DNA from: Octopus vulgaris
Taxonomy: Eukaryota
Direction of reading: 5' to 3'
Length of the DNA stretch: 64,000 bases
Assembly: GCA_951406725.2 (NCBI GenBank)
Contig: OX597819.1
Coordinates: 73,780,001 to 73,844,000 of the forward strand
Both the position numbers and the translations under genes were made by a program. The notes under the pieces were generated by a model. It did no database searches. It was given only the letters and a program-made list of their open reading frames with translations, and had not been told where the DNA came from. Positions 39,701 through 51,410 of the stretch are shown piece after piece. Position 1 is the first letter of the stretch. Every line of letters begins with the position of its first letter.

Positions 39701-41001
39701 CCACTCAATTTCATCATGTTGTTTTCTGGGAGATTTTTGCCCTGAAAGAAAATGTGTACTTTATTGATTTTTGCATCTACTGACCAGTATTGACCGCTGA
39801 TGAAACTCTTACATGATGCATTTGAAAGTTCTGCACATGGGCTGTCGATTGATGTACTACTTGTTAATATTTGAGTAACGAAAGAGACACCAGGATAGAT
39901 TTTGTAATGATATTTTTAGCTGCCGAAAAGGTATTTGAACAGCGTATACATTGCAACAAAGCAGTTTGAACCACTATGAAGAGGCTGCTTATTTCTTTCA
40001 AATAGGGTTTATTTTAAGGGAACGGCTTATATTAAAATCATCCTGAAAAATCATGCTAGGTCTTATTTTCGGGCAAATACAGTACATATACAGCATGTAC
40101 CCAGCAATTTTTTTTTACTCAAATTGGTGCATGAAGAATCAAATGGCACTTACCAAATCTTTAGGGTTGGAATTCCTTTTATGTTTGGGTCAAAGATTGA
40201 AGCCAGTATATTACTCACTGGAGTGATTTAATCTATTATGATTTAAAATTAATTATATATGGTATGTTGTTTGAAATTGTAGTATATATGTGTGTGTGTG
40301 TGTGTGTATGTATGGATGGATGAGTATGGGTGGTAGTAGTGATAGTGGTGTTATGTTGGTTTAAGATGTTTATGTTTCTTTTACAGGATAGCTCATACGC
40401 TGCTTTACTCTCAGAAAGGTAAGCGCTTGAAAATTTCACTTATGCAAAAGCGTACACATACACGAACACACACATATAACTAGCTTTCTATCTATCTATC
40501 TGTATGTGTGTATGTATGTGTATACATATATGTATATGTACATACTTTATATGTAGGTTAACAAGGCTACCAATGGTTTCATGTGAAGAGATGGTCACAA
40601 TCAGAGCTTTGTCAACCAGCAAATGAAGTATATTTATCCACCAATATGGTGTTGAGCACTCATTCTCACTGTTCGATATTCACATACATACACACACACA
40701 CACACACACATTCTTTTATTTGTTTCAGTCATTTGACTGCGGCCATACTGGAGCACTACATTTAGTCAAATAAATTGACCCTAGTACTTATTCTTTTTAA
40801 GCCTAGTACTTATCCTATCAGTCTCTTTTGCCGAACTGTTAAGTTACGGGGACATAAATACGCAAACATCAGTTGTCAAGCGATAATGGGGTACGAATAC
40901 AGACACACAAACATATACATACATACACACACACACACATACATACACACACACACATACATACACACACACATACATACACACATACATACATACACAT
41001 G

Positions 41002-41050
<49 letters not shown>

Positions 41051-41203
41051 GATGGACTTCTTTCAGTTTCCGTCTACCAAACCCACTCACAAGGTTTTGG
41101 TCGGCCTAAAGACTATAGTAGAAGACACTTGCTCAAGGTGCCATGCAGTGGGACTGAACCCAGAACCATGTAATTGGTAAGCAAGCTACTACTGCACCTA
41201 TAT

Positions 41204-41235
<32 letters not shown>

Positions 41236-44200
41236 TCTTGTTTCAGTCATTTTACTGCGGCTGTGCTGGAGCACTGCCTTTAGTTGAACAAATTGACCCC
41301 AGTACTTACTCTTTGTAAGCCTAGTACTTATTCTATTGGTCCCCTTTGCTGAACCGCTAAGTTACAAGGATCTAAACACACCAACATTGGTTGTCAAGTA
41401 ATGGTGGTGGTGGGGGGGATAAACAGATACACAAACACACACACACACGCACATGATAGACTTCTTTCAATTTCTGTCAACGAAATCCACTCACAAGGCT
41501 TTGGTCAGCCTGAGGCTATAGTAGAAGACACTTATGCAAGGTGCCATGCAGTAGAACTGAACCTGAAACTATGTGGTTGGGGAGCAAGCTTCTTACCACA
41601 CAGCCACAAGAGGAGGGGTGACAGGGACTTCAAAGTTTCGGCTTGTTAGCCTTCATGAAACTGGAGTTCCTCTTGGCTTTAAATAACCTCTGCTGAGTTG
41701 TTCCTCTGAGTTATGTGGAAATATGTGAAATGATATTAAGTCGGTTCATAATTATTGCGGCTTTTTTCAATAAATTTTATTCAACAAACAATATTTAACA
41801 AAAACATCTTTAAATGATTATTCTGGAGCATATTCACCATCCACTTCAGTTACTACTTCTCCTTTGCTTGGCAGATGGTCAAACCATCATTTAAAGATGT
41901 TTTTGTTAAATATTATTGTTTTTGTTGAATAAAATTTGTTGAAAAAAAGCTACAATAATTATGCACCAACCCAATAATTAGGGTTGGTGTATGGGCATCT
42001 GGGAAGTGGATGTACAGGTGGAGTGATAGAGGAGGGTAAGATACAAGTGAGTCTGTAGGCTGATGGGAAGATATTGTTGGAGGAGTTTATTGTTTGCATT
42101 GGGAGTTTTGTTTATTGTTCAGAGTTCAGTGAGGCATGTAAATAACTTTGTAATTAGGTGTTTTATCTTTTAATAGAATCCTCGCAGAATATTGTGAAAC
42201 TGGACAATTCTCCCATTTGGATCTTCTGGAAAACCTTGGTACATCTATGTTTTTGAGCAGTAAATTAACTTTTCTAGGTAAGTTTTTACTTGGTATTGTT
42301 CTTCTTAATATTATTACAGTAATAGTGGGAAAGTAACACCTTAAAGCAAAGACCAAGATTCAGATCCACCAGACATGTATCTATGCAATTCTTCCTCATC
42401 ATCATCATTTAATGTCCTTTTTCCATGCTGGTATAATGATGATAGGGTATCACTTTTATAATGTGGTGATTTACTTATTTTATCACTTATAAGGATGTTT
42501 TATCTTATTTGTATGGCTTCGACTTGGAAGAGATAATACATATATTTCATTTCTTGAGTTAGAATCTATATTGATAAACCTGTCACTTATCACTTAATTA
42601 TAAGTATTATCACTATACATAAATCTTAACGCAAGCTACATAAATGCCGTGATGAATTATATACACCAAGACGCTGTATGTTGAAGATAAATAAGTTCGT
42701 GTTCTTTATCACTGGTATAAAAACAGTTTCATAGTTGCAGAAATAAATTGCATTAGCAGATTGAAGAAAATGAAGAAAGAGAAAGTATTTACTATATTAG
42801 TTTATTTATGTACATTTAGTATTTACTGTACATTTAAAAGTTAAAGAAATTTGTCGTTGAAAGTTACAACATAAAATTTATACTAGCTAATTCTTTCATA
42901 CTAAACTACTAGAGTTTACACAACAATTCAAATAAGTCTTGTTGGATTTAAGTAACAGGTATGGCATAAAAATAGCCAATATCTCAAAAGAACGAGTGTC
43001 GTGGAAATGAGTGACATCCAACGATTACTGAGAGTGAACGTCGTGGAGTCAAGTGACAACCAATGATCACTGATTAATTTCCTAAAAATCAGGATTTTTA
43101 TAACTGCTCAAACTTGAATTCTAAGAACCGTATTTTGTGAAAGATTTCTCTTTGATGAATGTTTAGAATTCAAATATGGGCAGTAATTTTAACCAATGGG
43201 AAACTAACAATTATACCTATTTGGGCAACATGACCATTACATCATTACCGTCTTTTATGACTTGCTACACTAGCATGGTTTGACAGGAGCTGGTAAACCA
43301 GAGAGCTGCACCTGGCTCCATTGTGTGAGTGTCCTGGGTTCTTTTTACATGGCATTAACCATGTGAAAAGGTGCTTTTTATGTGACTCCAGAACTCTTCT
43401 TTATGGAAATAAAGCCTGGACAACATATTCAAGTTAGAAAAGGAAACTTAATGGCTTCCACAAGTGTTGTTGTTGAGGAGTGAAACAAAGTCCTTAGCAT
43501 GGAAGTGTTCTGAAGAGCACAAATCCCATCACCCAACTCCATACTTAGATCCAGATGACTCCAGAATCCCCAAATAAGTGTTGCGTAGAGAACTAACAGA
43601 TGGAAAGAGGAGCATGACCTACTCTGAAAGAGTTCTCCATTGATGAAGCAAAATGGGAACAGTCAGTAAGGGACCGCAGCAGGTGGAGATCAACTGTGTA
43701 CAGAGGAGCCAAAGCTTATGAAGGTTCTTGCATTCAACATTCTGAGGATGCAAAACAAAAATGTAAGTACACATCTGTGGCAGACACTTCTGCCTTAGCA
43801 TTGCTTTACTGCTGGTATTGTCAAAACTCATGTCAAGCACACATGGGACTTATTGTCCATGAAATGTTCTGTTTGGGATGATGTTAAGTGAAGAAGTCAG
43901 ATGTGGGGAATGAAGAAGTCACTGTCTCTGAAATACTCTTGACCAATGATGAAAAGGCCAAAGAAGATCACTCTTCATCATTTAATGTCCACTTTCTATG
44001 TTGGCATGAGTTGGTTTCTAATAAATATATGCTGGATGTTTCCAGGGTTTTGAGCTTACCCCTGTAATATGAGGCTTAGATCAGGTTTTCGAGTGAAGTG
44101 GGAGAGACAGATCTTCCTCAAGAGAAATTTTTCTATAGATAACATTCCACATTAACCTAAGGTAATGGCCACAATTATGGCTGGGTGGTTAAGAAGTTAG

Positions 44201-46181
44201 CCTTGCAACTACACGGTTCCATGTTCAATCCGTCTATATGGTGCCTTGTGTATGTGTACTCTACCATACATTTGGTTGATGAATGCTTTGAGGGTGAAAT
44301 TTGGTAGGAAGACATAAATACTGAAGCCTGTTGGCTGTTTATATATTGGTGTGGCTATAGGTGCAGACGTAGCCATGTGGTTGAGAAGCTAGCATCACAA
44401 AGATGTAGTCTTGGGTTTAGTCTCCTTGCATGGCACATTGGGCAAGTGTCTTCTATTATAATCCCTGTTGCCCAAAGCTTTGTGAATGGATTTGATAGGA
44501 ATTAAAAAAAAAGCCAATTGTTTATTGGTGTGTGTGTGTTTTTGTCTACACATCACAAGCATTGTCATCATACAAGCGAGATTGTTTGTCTCCAGTCTTC
44601 TGTGAGAAACATGTCCAGCTATGGGAAATATTAGCTTGCTTAGCAAAAGGTGAAGGTTGGAAACGGGAAGGACATTTGGCCATTGAATAGTTGGCTCAAC
44701 AAATTCTGTCTACACCTCATGCAAGCAGGGAAAAGCTGATACTAAAACAATGATGATGTCCATGCTGGATTGCTCGATCAGATAACCCAGATTGGCGGAG
44801 GGATTCCCTGCTTGAGTCAACAGGTTTATGCTTATAGGAAAAAAGGGAAAACAGATGGGGACAACACACAAACTGGCTTTTGGCTTTGTTTTTAACTTTT
44901 GTTGTCAACATAGGAAATTAATTTTTTAATGAAATATAGGGAGTTGGAGCTGGTTTTTTTAAGGGGTATGTCTGCTGTGATCTGTTGAAGTTCTCGCTTA
45001 GACAATGCAGTATAGATTATTGAAGGACTACCTGCATTATATTAATGAAGGAGATATATTCGACTAACTAACTGGGGAAAATCCATAGGACACTACAGGA
45101 ACTATTGGCTATTTAATTGAAGAGTATAGAAGGTGATGATACTGTAAGGACAGTCTGGAGATGTTTCTGTCTTCAAGTGCCAGGCAGAAGGATTAAACCT
45201 TCCATTTCTCCACTTCCCAAAAAAGCAAAACAAATTAGAAAAGTTAAAGGGATGTGACGGAAATTGTGTATAAAATGTGATGTTAAAGCATAAATTAGCA
45301 TTTACCATATTTGATGGCATAAAAGGTGCTCTGGCGTATTAGATGCATTCCAATTTTAACAGCACATATTCAAGAAATACAGATTGTAGTGTATTAAAAC
45401 ATAATATAGACCCAAATTAAGGTGGTGAACTGGCAGACTTGTTTGCACACCAGACAAAATGCTTTGTGGCATTTTATCCATCAGAATCCGAGTTCAAATT
45501 CCACTGAGGTTGATTTTACCTTTCATCCCTTTTGGGGGTGATAAAATAAGTATCAATTAAGTACTAGGGTCAATGTAATCGACTTAGCCCGCTCCCCTGA
45601 AATTGCTGGCCTTGTGCCAAAAATTTGAAGCCAACAAAGGCCCAACTTCACATGTAGGACTCTGGGTGATTTTCTTTTTTTACAGTAAAAAGGATGTTTC
45701 AAATGCCATCAAAGTTTGAACCTCCTGGAACCAAAATGAGAAGTTCCTTGAGCTGATGGTGTTGGCCCACCTACTGAAATATTCAGTTGTTTGTACTTTC
45801 CACTGGCATTGTTCTTTGGTTAGGAGGGCCCAAATATTGAACTCTTGCATGACCTACTCCAGCTACATATAAATCAGTTATTTACCAGTTTGATCATTAT
45901 CACTGTGAGACTAGCATTTCATTATAGTAACATAATGAGCAACAGCTCAGGCAGAAACATTTATTGAATCGTCTGTTTATATTGCATGTTGATTATTGTG
46001 TCTTATTTCAACATCAGGTCAGTACCGTGAATTTCATAAACTCTACGAGGAAGGAGAAATCCAGGAAGCTGCTAATCTCTTGGTATCATTGATCAGTGCA
46101 AGGCTGGCTCCAAAGGTGTAAGTGATGTTAAAAGTTTTGTATTGTCTGTCTGTATATCGTTGCGATTATGCAAAAGTGTGG

Positions 46182-46225
<44 letters not shown>

Positions 46226-46386
46226 CACAGGAGTGGCTGTGTGGTAAGTAGCTTGCTTACCAACCACATGGTTCTGGGTTCATTCCCACTGTGGCAGCTT
46301 GGGCAAGTGTCTTCTACTATAGCCTCGGGCCGACCAAAGCCTTGTGAGTGGATTTGGTAGATGGAAACTGAAAGAAGCCTGTCATA

Positions 46387-46439
<53 letters not shown>

Positions 46440-49400
46440 TTGTGTTTGTTCTCCCCAAAATCGCTTGACAACCGTAACTTAGTGGTTTGGCAAAAGAGAA
46501 TGATAGAATAAGAAATAGGCTTACAAAGAATAAGTCCTGGGGTCGATTTGCTTGACTAAAGGCGGTGCTCTAGCATGGCCACAGTCAAATGACTGAAACA
46601 ACTAAAAAGAGTAAAAAAAAACAATCATCATCATCATCATTTAACGTCCGTTTTCCATGCTAGCATGGGTTGGACGGTTCGACCAGGGTCTGGGAAGCCA
46701 GGAGGCTGCACCAGGCTCCAGTCTGATCTAGCAGTGTTTCTACAGCTGCATGCCCTTCCTAATGCCAACCACTCCGTGAGTGTAGTAGGTGCTTTTTACG
46801 TGCCACCGGCACAGGGGCCAGAGGAGGCTGACAAACGGCCACGATCAGTTGGTGCTTTTACGTGTCATATATATATATATATATATACATATATATCAAA
46901 GTATCATTAGAGACAGAAATCCCCATAAAATCATCCTATCAGAATATAAATTCAACCATGTTATAGAATATTATATTTAATACTTACTATTCATGTTCAA
47001 AGTTGTGATTCATGAGGTCGTGTACTATGTTCTTGAGACACCCAGTCTCTTACAGAACCTCCCTTTATATACAACCCCAATATTCAAGTCCACCTATCCC
47101 CCATTTATAATTTTATCTATCATTATATATTTCAACTTACAGGTATATCAAACTATACAGATGTATAAATAAATTTCTGGTATGCCAAAACATATAGATG
47201 TGTAAATTCATTGAACCCTGCAGTTTAAGCCATAATTAATTCAAGAATTAAATGTGAATTACGCCTAAAAAAATATATGCAAATGAAATATATATACAAA
47301 TGAGAAAATATATACGAATGCAGAAAAAATACATATACTAATGAGAAGAAAATAAAAAATTATTAGAATGAAAAAATAAAGAAGATATATATATCCAAAT
47401 GAAGGGGATGAATAAGAAACGAATGGAAACTAACACGAATGACTAAAATTCAGGTGAATGTTAAACAAAAAATATGAATGAAGATATGAAAAGATATGAG
47501 AAAATATATGGAAAAAAAGTAAAATGCAAAAAATATATATGCATGAATTAATTTATAAATTAATATAATTAGAATTAATATAATAAACTTAAATTAAAAT
47601 GTAAAAGAAATATATGTTCCATCTACCCCTAGATATCATGGTGCTAAATTGAGCTAGTTCCATTTTTTCATTTTTAAATATTTTTTCAGAAAATGAAAAA
47701 ATAGTTTCACCATTCCATTTCTTTTTACATTAGCAACAATTTCAGTTTAATGATAATACTTTGTTGGGTGCATAAAATCATAATTCCAAGCATGTATGAT
47801 ATTTTCAGTCAGAAATATTTTTGTAAAACTGTTGTATGTGGGACTTTTGAAAAATGCTTAACTGTTGTACTACTACACTTTGACAATTTTCATATGTTGG
47901 CGTCTGAAGCAGCTGGAGATATGATAGTTTGACCAAAAGAACCGGCTATTGCAAGCAAAATTAAATATTGAAAACAAACGCAATTGGCCAAATTTGAACA
48001 TAAGACAGTTTAACATAATAGCAATGATATATGTGTGTGAGAGTTTGTGTGTGTGATTGGCCTAAGGCTATAGTAGAAGATGCTTGCTCGAAGTTTCACA
48101 CATTCAGACTGAAACCATGTAGTTGGGAAGCCAACTTAACCACACAGTCATGCCTGTGGTTATCAAAGTTGTATGCTTGGGAGATGTGAAGGTGCATGGC
48201 TCAGTGGTTAGAGTGTCGAGCTTACGATCGTGAGGTTGTGAGTTCGATTCATGGACCGGGCTGTGCGTTGTGTTCTTGAGCAAGACACTATTTCACATTG
48301 CTTCAGTTCACTCAGCTGTAGAAATGAGTTGTGATGTCACTGATGCCAAGCTGTATCGGCCCCTTTGCCTTCCCTTGAATAACATCGGTGGCGTGGAGAG
48401 GGGGAGGCTGGTATGCATGGGCAACTGCTGGTCTTCCATATACAACCTACCCCAGACTTGTGCCTTGAAGGGTAACTTTGTAGGTGCAATCCCAGGGTCA
48501 TTTGTGATCGAAGGGAGATATTGACTCCCCCTTTCTCCAGTATGTGACTGGACCCTAACTCCCCTAATTGTAATATTCAGTGGGTTGTATTGTTTTGTGT
48601 GTCATTTGAAGGAGACATTTTGTGTAAAATGTGAAATATTTTGTATTTTTCAGTTTCTGGATCACTCTCCTCTGTGATGCTTTACCACTCTTAGAATCTC
48701 AGGAAGTAAGAAGGATTCCTTAATACTCTTGTTGTTGTTGTTGTTGTTGTCATCATCATTGTTTAATGTCCTCTTTCCATGCTGGCATGGGTTGGATGGT
48801 TTGACTGGAAACTGGTAAGCCTGGAGTGGTACCTGGTTCCAACCCTTCTTAATGCCAACCAGTACAAGACTATGGTGGGTGCCTTTTACATGCCACCGGC
48901 AGGGGTGCCATTGACCTGACACTGGCATTGGCCATGACTGCGGTCTCACTTGGCTTGACAGGTCAACATGAGTAAGGTGTATCACTAAGGGCCTTGGTCA
49001 CCTTTCACTGTCTCTATGAGGCCCAATGCTCAAATGGTGCTTTTTACATGCCACCAGGACAGGTGCCAGTCAGACGCCATCAGTATCAGCCACAACACCA
49101 ATTTCATTCAGTTCAACAGGTCTTCACAAGCACAACGTATTGAAGTCACAAACATCTCTCATCATCATCATCAATATTTAACGTCTGCTTTCCATGCTAG
49201 CGTGGGTTAGATGATTTGACTGAAGATTGGCGAACCAGATGGCTGCACCAGGCATCTCTCTGTATGAAATATTGTGTTAATGTTATCTTTTACTTGTTTC
49301 AGTTATTAGACTGCGGCCATGCTGGGGCATCACTTCCAAGAATTTTTAGTTGTTTCTTTTAGTTTCCAGCTACTAAATCCACTCATACACTTTGGTCAGC

Positions 49401-51314
49401 TTAAGGCTATAACATGACATTTGCCCAAGGTGCCATGCAGTGGAACTGAACCCGGAACCATGTGGTTGGGAAGTAGATTTCTTATTACAAAACCACTGTT
49501 GAACTGAGTGAAATTGGAGTTGTGGCCGATACTGGTGCCATCTGACTGGCACTTGTGCTGGTGGCACATAAAAAGCACCATTTTGAGCATTGGGTCTCAT
49601 GGAGGCAGTAACAGGCGACCATGACCCTTGGTGATATACCATGCTAATGTTGACTTGTCAAGCCAAGTGAGACTTTAGTCATGGTCAATGTCAGTGTAAT
49701 CAATCAATTGTGAAGATAATAATTAAATTCTTTATTATTGAAAATAATAAAGAATTTAATAAAATAACTTTGCCGCTATGAAGCTGATGCCTGGAACATA
49801 AATTAGCACAAAATTTTGATGGACGATTCTAATTTAGATCACTTTGAAATGAAAAGTTTGTTTCATTGAATGAAGGACAGTGTCAGGCAGGTTGATCTGG
49901 GTCTCAAATACTGTTGTTGTTTAACCCTCAGTAAGTCAAAACTAAGTAAGCTTATGATGTGATTTTTACTGTTTGGAAACCCATTATATATATATGTGTG
50001 TGTGTATGTGTTTTCATGTATGTGTTTGGCTCCACCATTGCTTCACAACTGGTGTTGGTTCGTTTACATCTCCATAACTTAGTGGTCCAGCAAAAGAAAC
50101 TGAAAGAATAGCTACCAAACGTAAAAGATAGGTACTGAGGTCAATTTGTTTGGCTAAAGCAGTGCCTTAGCATGGCTGTAGTCTAATGACAGAAACAAGT
50201 GTGTGTGTGTGTATATATTTATATATAAAAGCGACCATATTGATAATGTATGTTGTTCGTATTGTTTCTAGATGCTTATCAACAGTCAGCAAACCTATGA
50301 ACTGATGCATTGTGTTGAGGAATTAACGAAAGAAATCAGTCTTATTGGAGACGACAATCAAAAGGTATGCCAAGGGACTTATGTTTCTATATTGTGCGTA
50401 TGTGTGTGTGTGTGTATATGTTCACATCATATCTAGTTTCCTCTACTACTGTTATGTGAAGCTAATTAATCTTTTCTTCTCTAGGCACAAGGCCTGAAAT
50501 TTTTGGGGAGAGGGCCAGTCAATTAGATCGACTCTAGTACGCAACTGGTACTTAATTTATCAACCCCGAAAGGATGAGAGGCAAAGTCGATGACCTTGGC
50601 AGAATTTGAGCTCAGAATGTAAAGATAGATGAAATACCTATTTCTTTACTACCCACAAGGGGCTAAACACAGGGGACAAACAAGGACAAACGGATTAAGT
50701 CGATTACATTGACCCCAGTGCGTAACTGGTACTTAATTTATCGACCCCGAAAGGATGAAAGGCAAAGTCGACCTCGGTGGAATTTGAACTCAGAATGTAA
50801 CGGCAGATGAACTTATTGTATATAGTGCTCAGGTGCACTAAAACTCATCAGGGAAAGTAGCCAAGAGGGGATGCGCAGTACATAAAACAGGGCACAGAGA
50901 ATGAATCATTTTAAAAAAGATGGTGGGGGCATCAGGTGTACTGTTGGCAAATTTCAGGAAGCATAAAAGTTTTGAAGTATGTAGAGTCCCAACAACATCA
51001 GTTAATGTCCATGTTCCATACTGGTATGGGTGGGATGCTTTGACTGGATCCAATGGGTCCAAGGATTGCATTGAGCTCCAGTGATTTTATTTAAGCAACT
51101 CTTTAGTGTATTGACATAATTATATTCACCTTTACACACACACACACACACACACGTGCATGCACGCACACATATTAGTAATTGCTTTTTTTTCTCTCTA
51201 ATTTTGTAGAAAATGCTGGAAGTTGAGAAGACCAAACTTTACAACGTCCGTTTTGCTCTCATTCGGAATTTAGACCGATCCATTATTCTTGAGGGTAGTG
51301 TTAAACTATCCTAA
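7953..51314 (+). CDS. NUP85: Nucleoporin Nup85 (Y-complex), complete 22-exon gene model, 1995 nt CDS, 664 aa
   Basis: 22 GT-AG exons join with matching phases and no stops. Colinear with human NUP85 motifs: [95 protein letters not shown]. Confidence 0.95.
11048..11153 (+). CDS. NUP85: NUP85 exon 2
   Basis: tttag|[35 protein letters not shown]|gtttgt, phase 0/1. Confidence 0.8.
11930..12265 (-). mobile_element. RTE-clade LINE 3' fragment
   Basis: ORF 12042..12245 contains [16 protein letters not shown]...DLWRYAV. Confidence 0.8.
12930..13325 (+). mobile_element. tRNA-derived SINE family A, full length, with internal (TA)n
   Basis: Head GTGGCTGTATGATAAG...GGTTCC..TCAGTCCC, core CACCTTGGGCAAGTG, tail ending GAAACAAGTAAAAGA. 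Confidence 0.8.
13532..13636 (+). CDS. NUP85: NUP85 exon 3
   Basis: tgcag|..[23 protein letters not shown]|gtaagt. Confidence 0.92.
14958..15018 (+). CDS. NUP85: NUP85 exon 4
   Basis: tttag|[20 protein letters not shown]|gtaagt. Confidence 0.9.
17739..17809 (+). CDS. NUP85: NUP85 exon 5
   Basis: ttcag|[24 protein letters not shown]|gtaagt. Confidence 0.92.
19252..19365 (+). CDS. NUP85: NUP85 exon 6
   Basis: ttcag|[38 protein letters not shown]|gtaatc. Confidence 0.94.
21150..21271 (+). CDS. NUP85: NUP85 exon 7
   Basis: ttcag|[41 protein letters not shown]|gtgagt. Confidence 0.93.
22208..22491. repeat. Long palindrome (arms ~135 bp, 9-nt loop), fold-back/MITE-like
   Basis: ATTGTTGTAAAGATTGTTTGCCAACATAA... 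mirrors ...TTATGTTGGCAAACAATCTTTACAACAAT. Centre AACAAGGG-aatctagca-CCCTTGTT. Confidence 0.9.
22585..22710 (+). CDS. NUP85: NUP85 exon 8
   Basis: ttcag|[42 protein letters not shown]|gtaagt. Confidence 0.94.
24365..25240 (-). mobile_element. RTE-clade LINE internal fragment (linker and RT N-terminus)
   Basis: [32 protein letters not shown] and YKGKGD motifs, frameshifted. Confidence 0.85.
26351..26479 (+). CDS. NUP85: NUP85 exon 9
   Basis: tgcag|[43 protein letters not shown]|gtaaat. Confidence 0.94.
28034..28165 (+). CDS. NUP85: NUP85 exon 10
   Basis: ttcag|[44 protein letters not shown]|gtaagt. Confidence 0.94.
29005..29303. mobile_element. tRNA-headed SINE with inverted copy of its hammerhead-bearing tail
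   Basis: Minus-strand tail 29005-29175 abuts a plus-strand tRNA-like head (GGGCATATGGCCTAGTGGTTAAG...GAGTTCGATTCC) followed by (AAT)n. The forward tail resumes at 30001 after an RTE insertion. Confidence 0.7.
29305..30000 (+). mobile_element. 5'-truncated RTE-clade LINE
   Basis: [46 protein letters not shown], with a short GAAATC-type tail. Confidence 0.85.
30141..30244 (+). CDS. NUP85: NUP85 exon 11
   Basis: tccag|[34 protein letters not shown]|gtgagt. Confidence 0.94.
31568..31651 (+). CDS. NUP85: NUP85 exon 12
   Basis: tacag|[28 protein letters not shown]|gttagt. Confidence 0.94.
32618..32807. mobile_element. hAT/Charlie-like MITE
   Basis: TIRs CAGTGGTTCTCAA / TTGAGAGCCATTG. Degenerate 8-bp TSD tgtTAGAT / acgTAGAT. 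Confidence 0.7.
33784..33849 (+). CDS. NUP85: NUP85 exon 13
   Basis: taaag|[22 protein letters not shown]|gtaaga. Confidence 0.92.
34371..34421 (+). CDS. NUP85: NUP85 exon 14
   Basis: tgcag|[17 protein letters not shown]|gtaaga. Confidence 0.94.
35043..35956. mobile_element. Non-autonomous Mutator/Foldback-like element with ~250-bp TIRs and 8-bp TSD; a SINE (35252-35412) interrupts the left arm
   Basis: GGATCTTTTCACTTTGACCGGCAGATTTT... / ...AAAATCTGCCGGTCAAAGTGAAAAGATCC. TACAAAAA at 35035-35042 and 35957-35964. Confidence 0.85.
36035..36240 (-). mobile_element. tRNA-derived SINE family C (central CCTTTCATCCTTT.GGGGTCGATAAA..AAGTACCAG domain)
   Basis: Copies also at ~45420-45630 (+), 50480-50810 (-), 57240-57610 (-), 59270-59470 (-) and 62853-63070 (+). 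Confidence 0.75.
36441..36559 (+). CDS. NUP85: NUP85 exon 15 (duplicated donor; only the distal donor is in frame)
   Basis: tgcag|[40 protein letters not shown]|gtgggt. Exon 16 requires phase 1. Confidence 0.85.
37454..37539 (+). CDS. NUP85: NUP85 exon 16
   Basis: ggtag|[29 protein letters not shown]|gtgaga. Confidence 0.93.
38199..40082 (-). mobile_element. Full-length but decayed pogo-like (Tc1/mariner superfamily) DNA transposon in NUP85 intron 16
   Basis: 23-bp TIRs CTGTGTTTCTCTGAAAATAAGAC / revcomp CTGTATTTGCCCGAAAATAAGAC (19/23), TA TSDs at 38197-98 and 40083-84. Fragments [10 protein letters not shown] (HTH), [36 protein letters not shown] and WVINSWNKI fit a DDE_1 transposase. Confidence 0.88.
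40387..40418 (+). CDS. NUP85: NUP85 exon 17 (32 nt)
   Basis: tacag|[10 protein letters not shown](R)|gtaagc, cf. human DAAFATLVSDR. Confidence 0.9.
41736..41974. mobile_element. Mariner-derived MITE (MADE-like)
   Basis: TA-flanked TIRs TTAAGTCGGTTCATAATTATTGCGGC / GCTACAATAATTATGCACCAACCCAA, with arms extending ~85 bp. Interior minus strand encodes the mariner C-terminus remnant [16 protein letters not shown]. Confidence 0.8.
42177..42277 (+). CDS. NUP85: NUP85 exon 18
   Basis: aatag|[33 protein letters not shown]|gtaagt. Confidence 0.94.
43400..43880 (+). mobile_element. Old RTE/BovB-like LINE C-terminal fragment
   Basis: [33 protein letters not shown] and terminal [19 protein letters not shown], a C2H2-like motif. 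Confidence 0.7.
46018..46117 (+). CDS. NUP85: NUP85 exon 19
   Basis: atcag|[33 protein letters not shown]|gtaagt. Confidence 0.94.
46222..46610 (+). mobile_element. tRNA-derived SINE family A, ~105 nt after exon 19
   Basis: Well-preserved copy: GGCACAGGAGTGGCTGTGTGGTAAGTAGC... Confidence 0.8.
48187..48515 (+). mobile_element. tRNA-derived SINE family D (CTTGAGCAAGACACT core)
   Basis: Head TGGCTCAGTGGTTAGAG...GAGTTCGATTC. Copies at ~59992-60305 and 61862-62160; related at 31800-32100 and 27388-27760. Confidence 0.8.
48654..48705 (+). CDS. NUP85: NUP85 exon 20
   Basis: ttcag|[18 protein letters not shown]|gtaaga. Confidence 0.94.
50272..50364 (+). CDS. NUP85: NUP85 exon 21
   Basis: tctag|[31 protein letters not shown]|gtatgc. 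Confidence 0.93.
50812..51000 (-). mobile_element. 3' end fragment of a CR1 subfamily related to the 5491-6880 LINE
   Basis: Shares ATGCTTCC.GAAAT...TACACCTGA and GATGAGTT.TAGTGCACCTGAGCACT.TA.ACAAT with the upstream LINE. Confidence 0.7.
51210..51314 (+). CDS. NUP85: NUP85 exon 22 (terminal)
   Basis: tgtag|[34 protein letters not shown], cf. human RLSLARNLARAIIREGS. Confidence 0.93.
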   Translation, partial: KMLEVEKTKLYNVRFALIRNLDRSIILEGSVKLS

Positions 51315-51404
51315 CTGTAAAACAAAACATTTGGAAAATTCTTATTCAAAGCCATTACATTGTAAATTATCGTCAAACTGTTTATCCATTTAATCATGTT
51401 GCAA

Positions 51405-51410
51405 AATAAA
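51405..51410 (+). terminator. Candidate NUP85 polyadenylation signal AATAAA
   Basis: About 90 nt after the stop codon, followed by T-rich sequence. Confidence 0.55.

Noticed and set aside
40775-41173. ORFs rich in HT/YI/CV repeats (here and many similar entries in the ORF track)
   Set aside because: These are translations of (CA)n/(TA)n microsatellites and SINEs.
48190-48262. tRNA gene-like sequences at SINE heads (also 61865, 59995, 29187)
   Set aside because: They run directly into SINE bodies and lack a proper acceptor stem.
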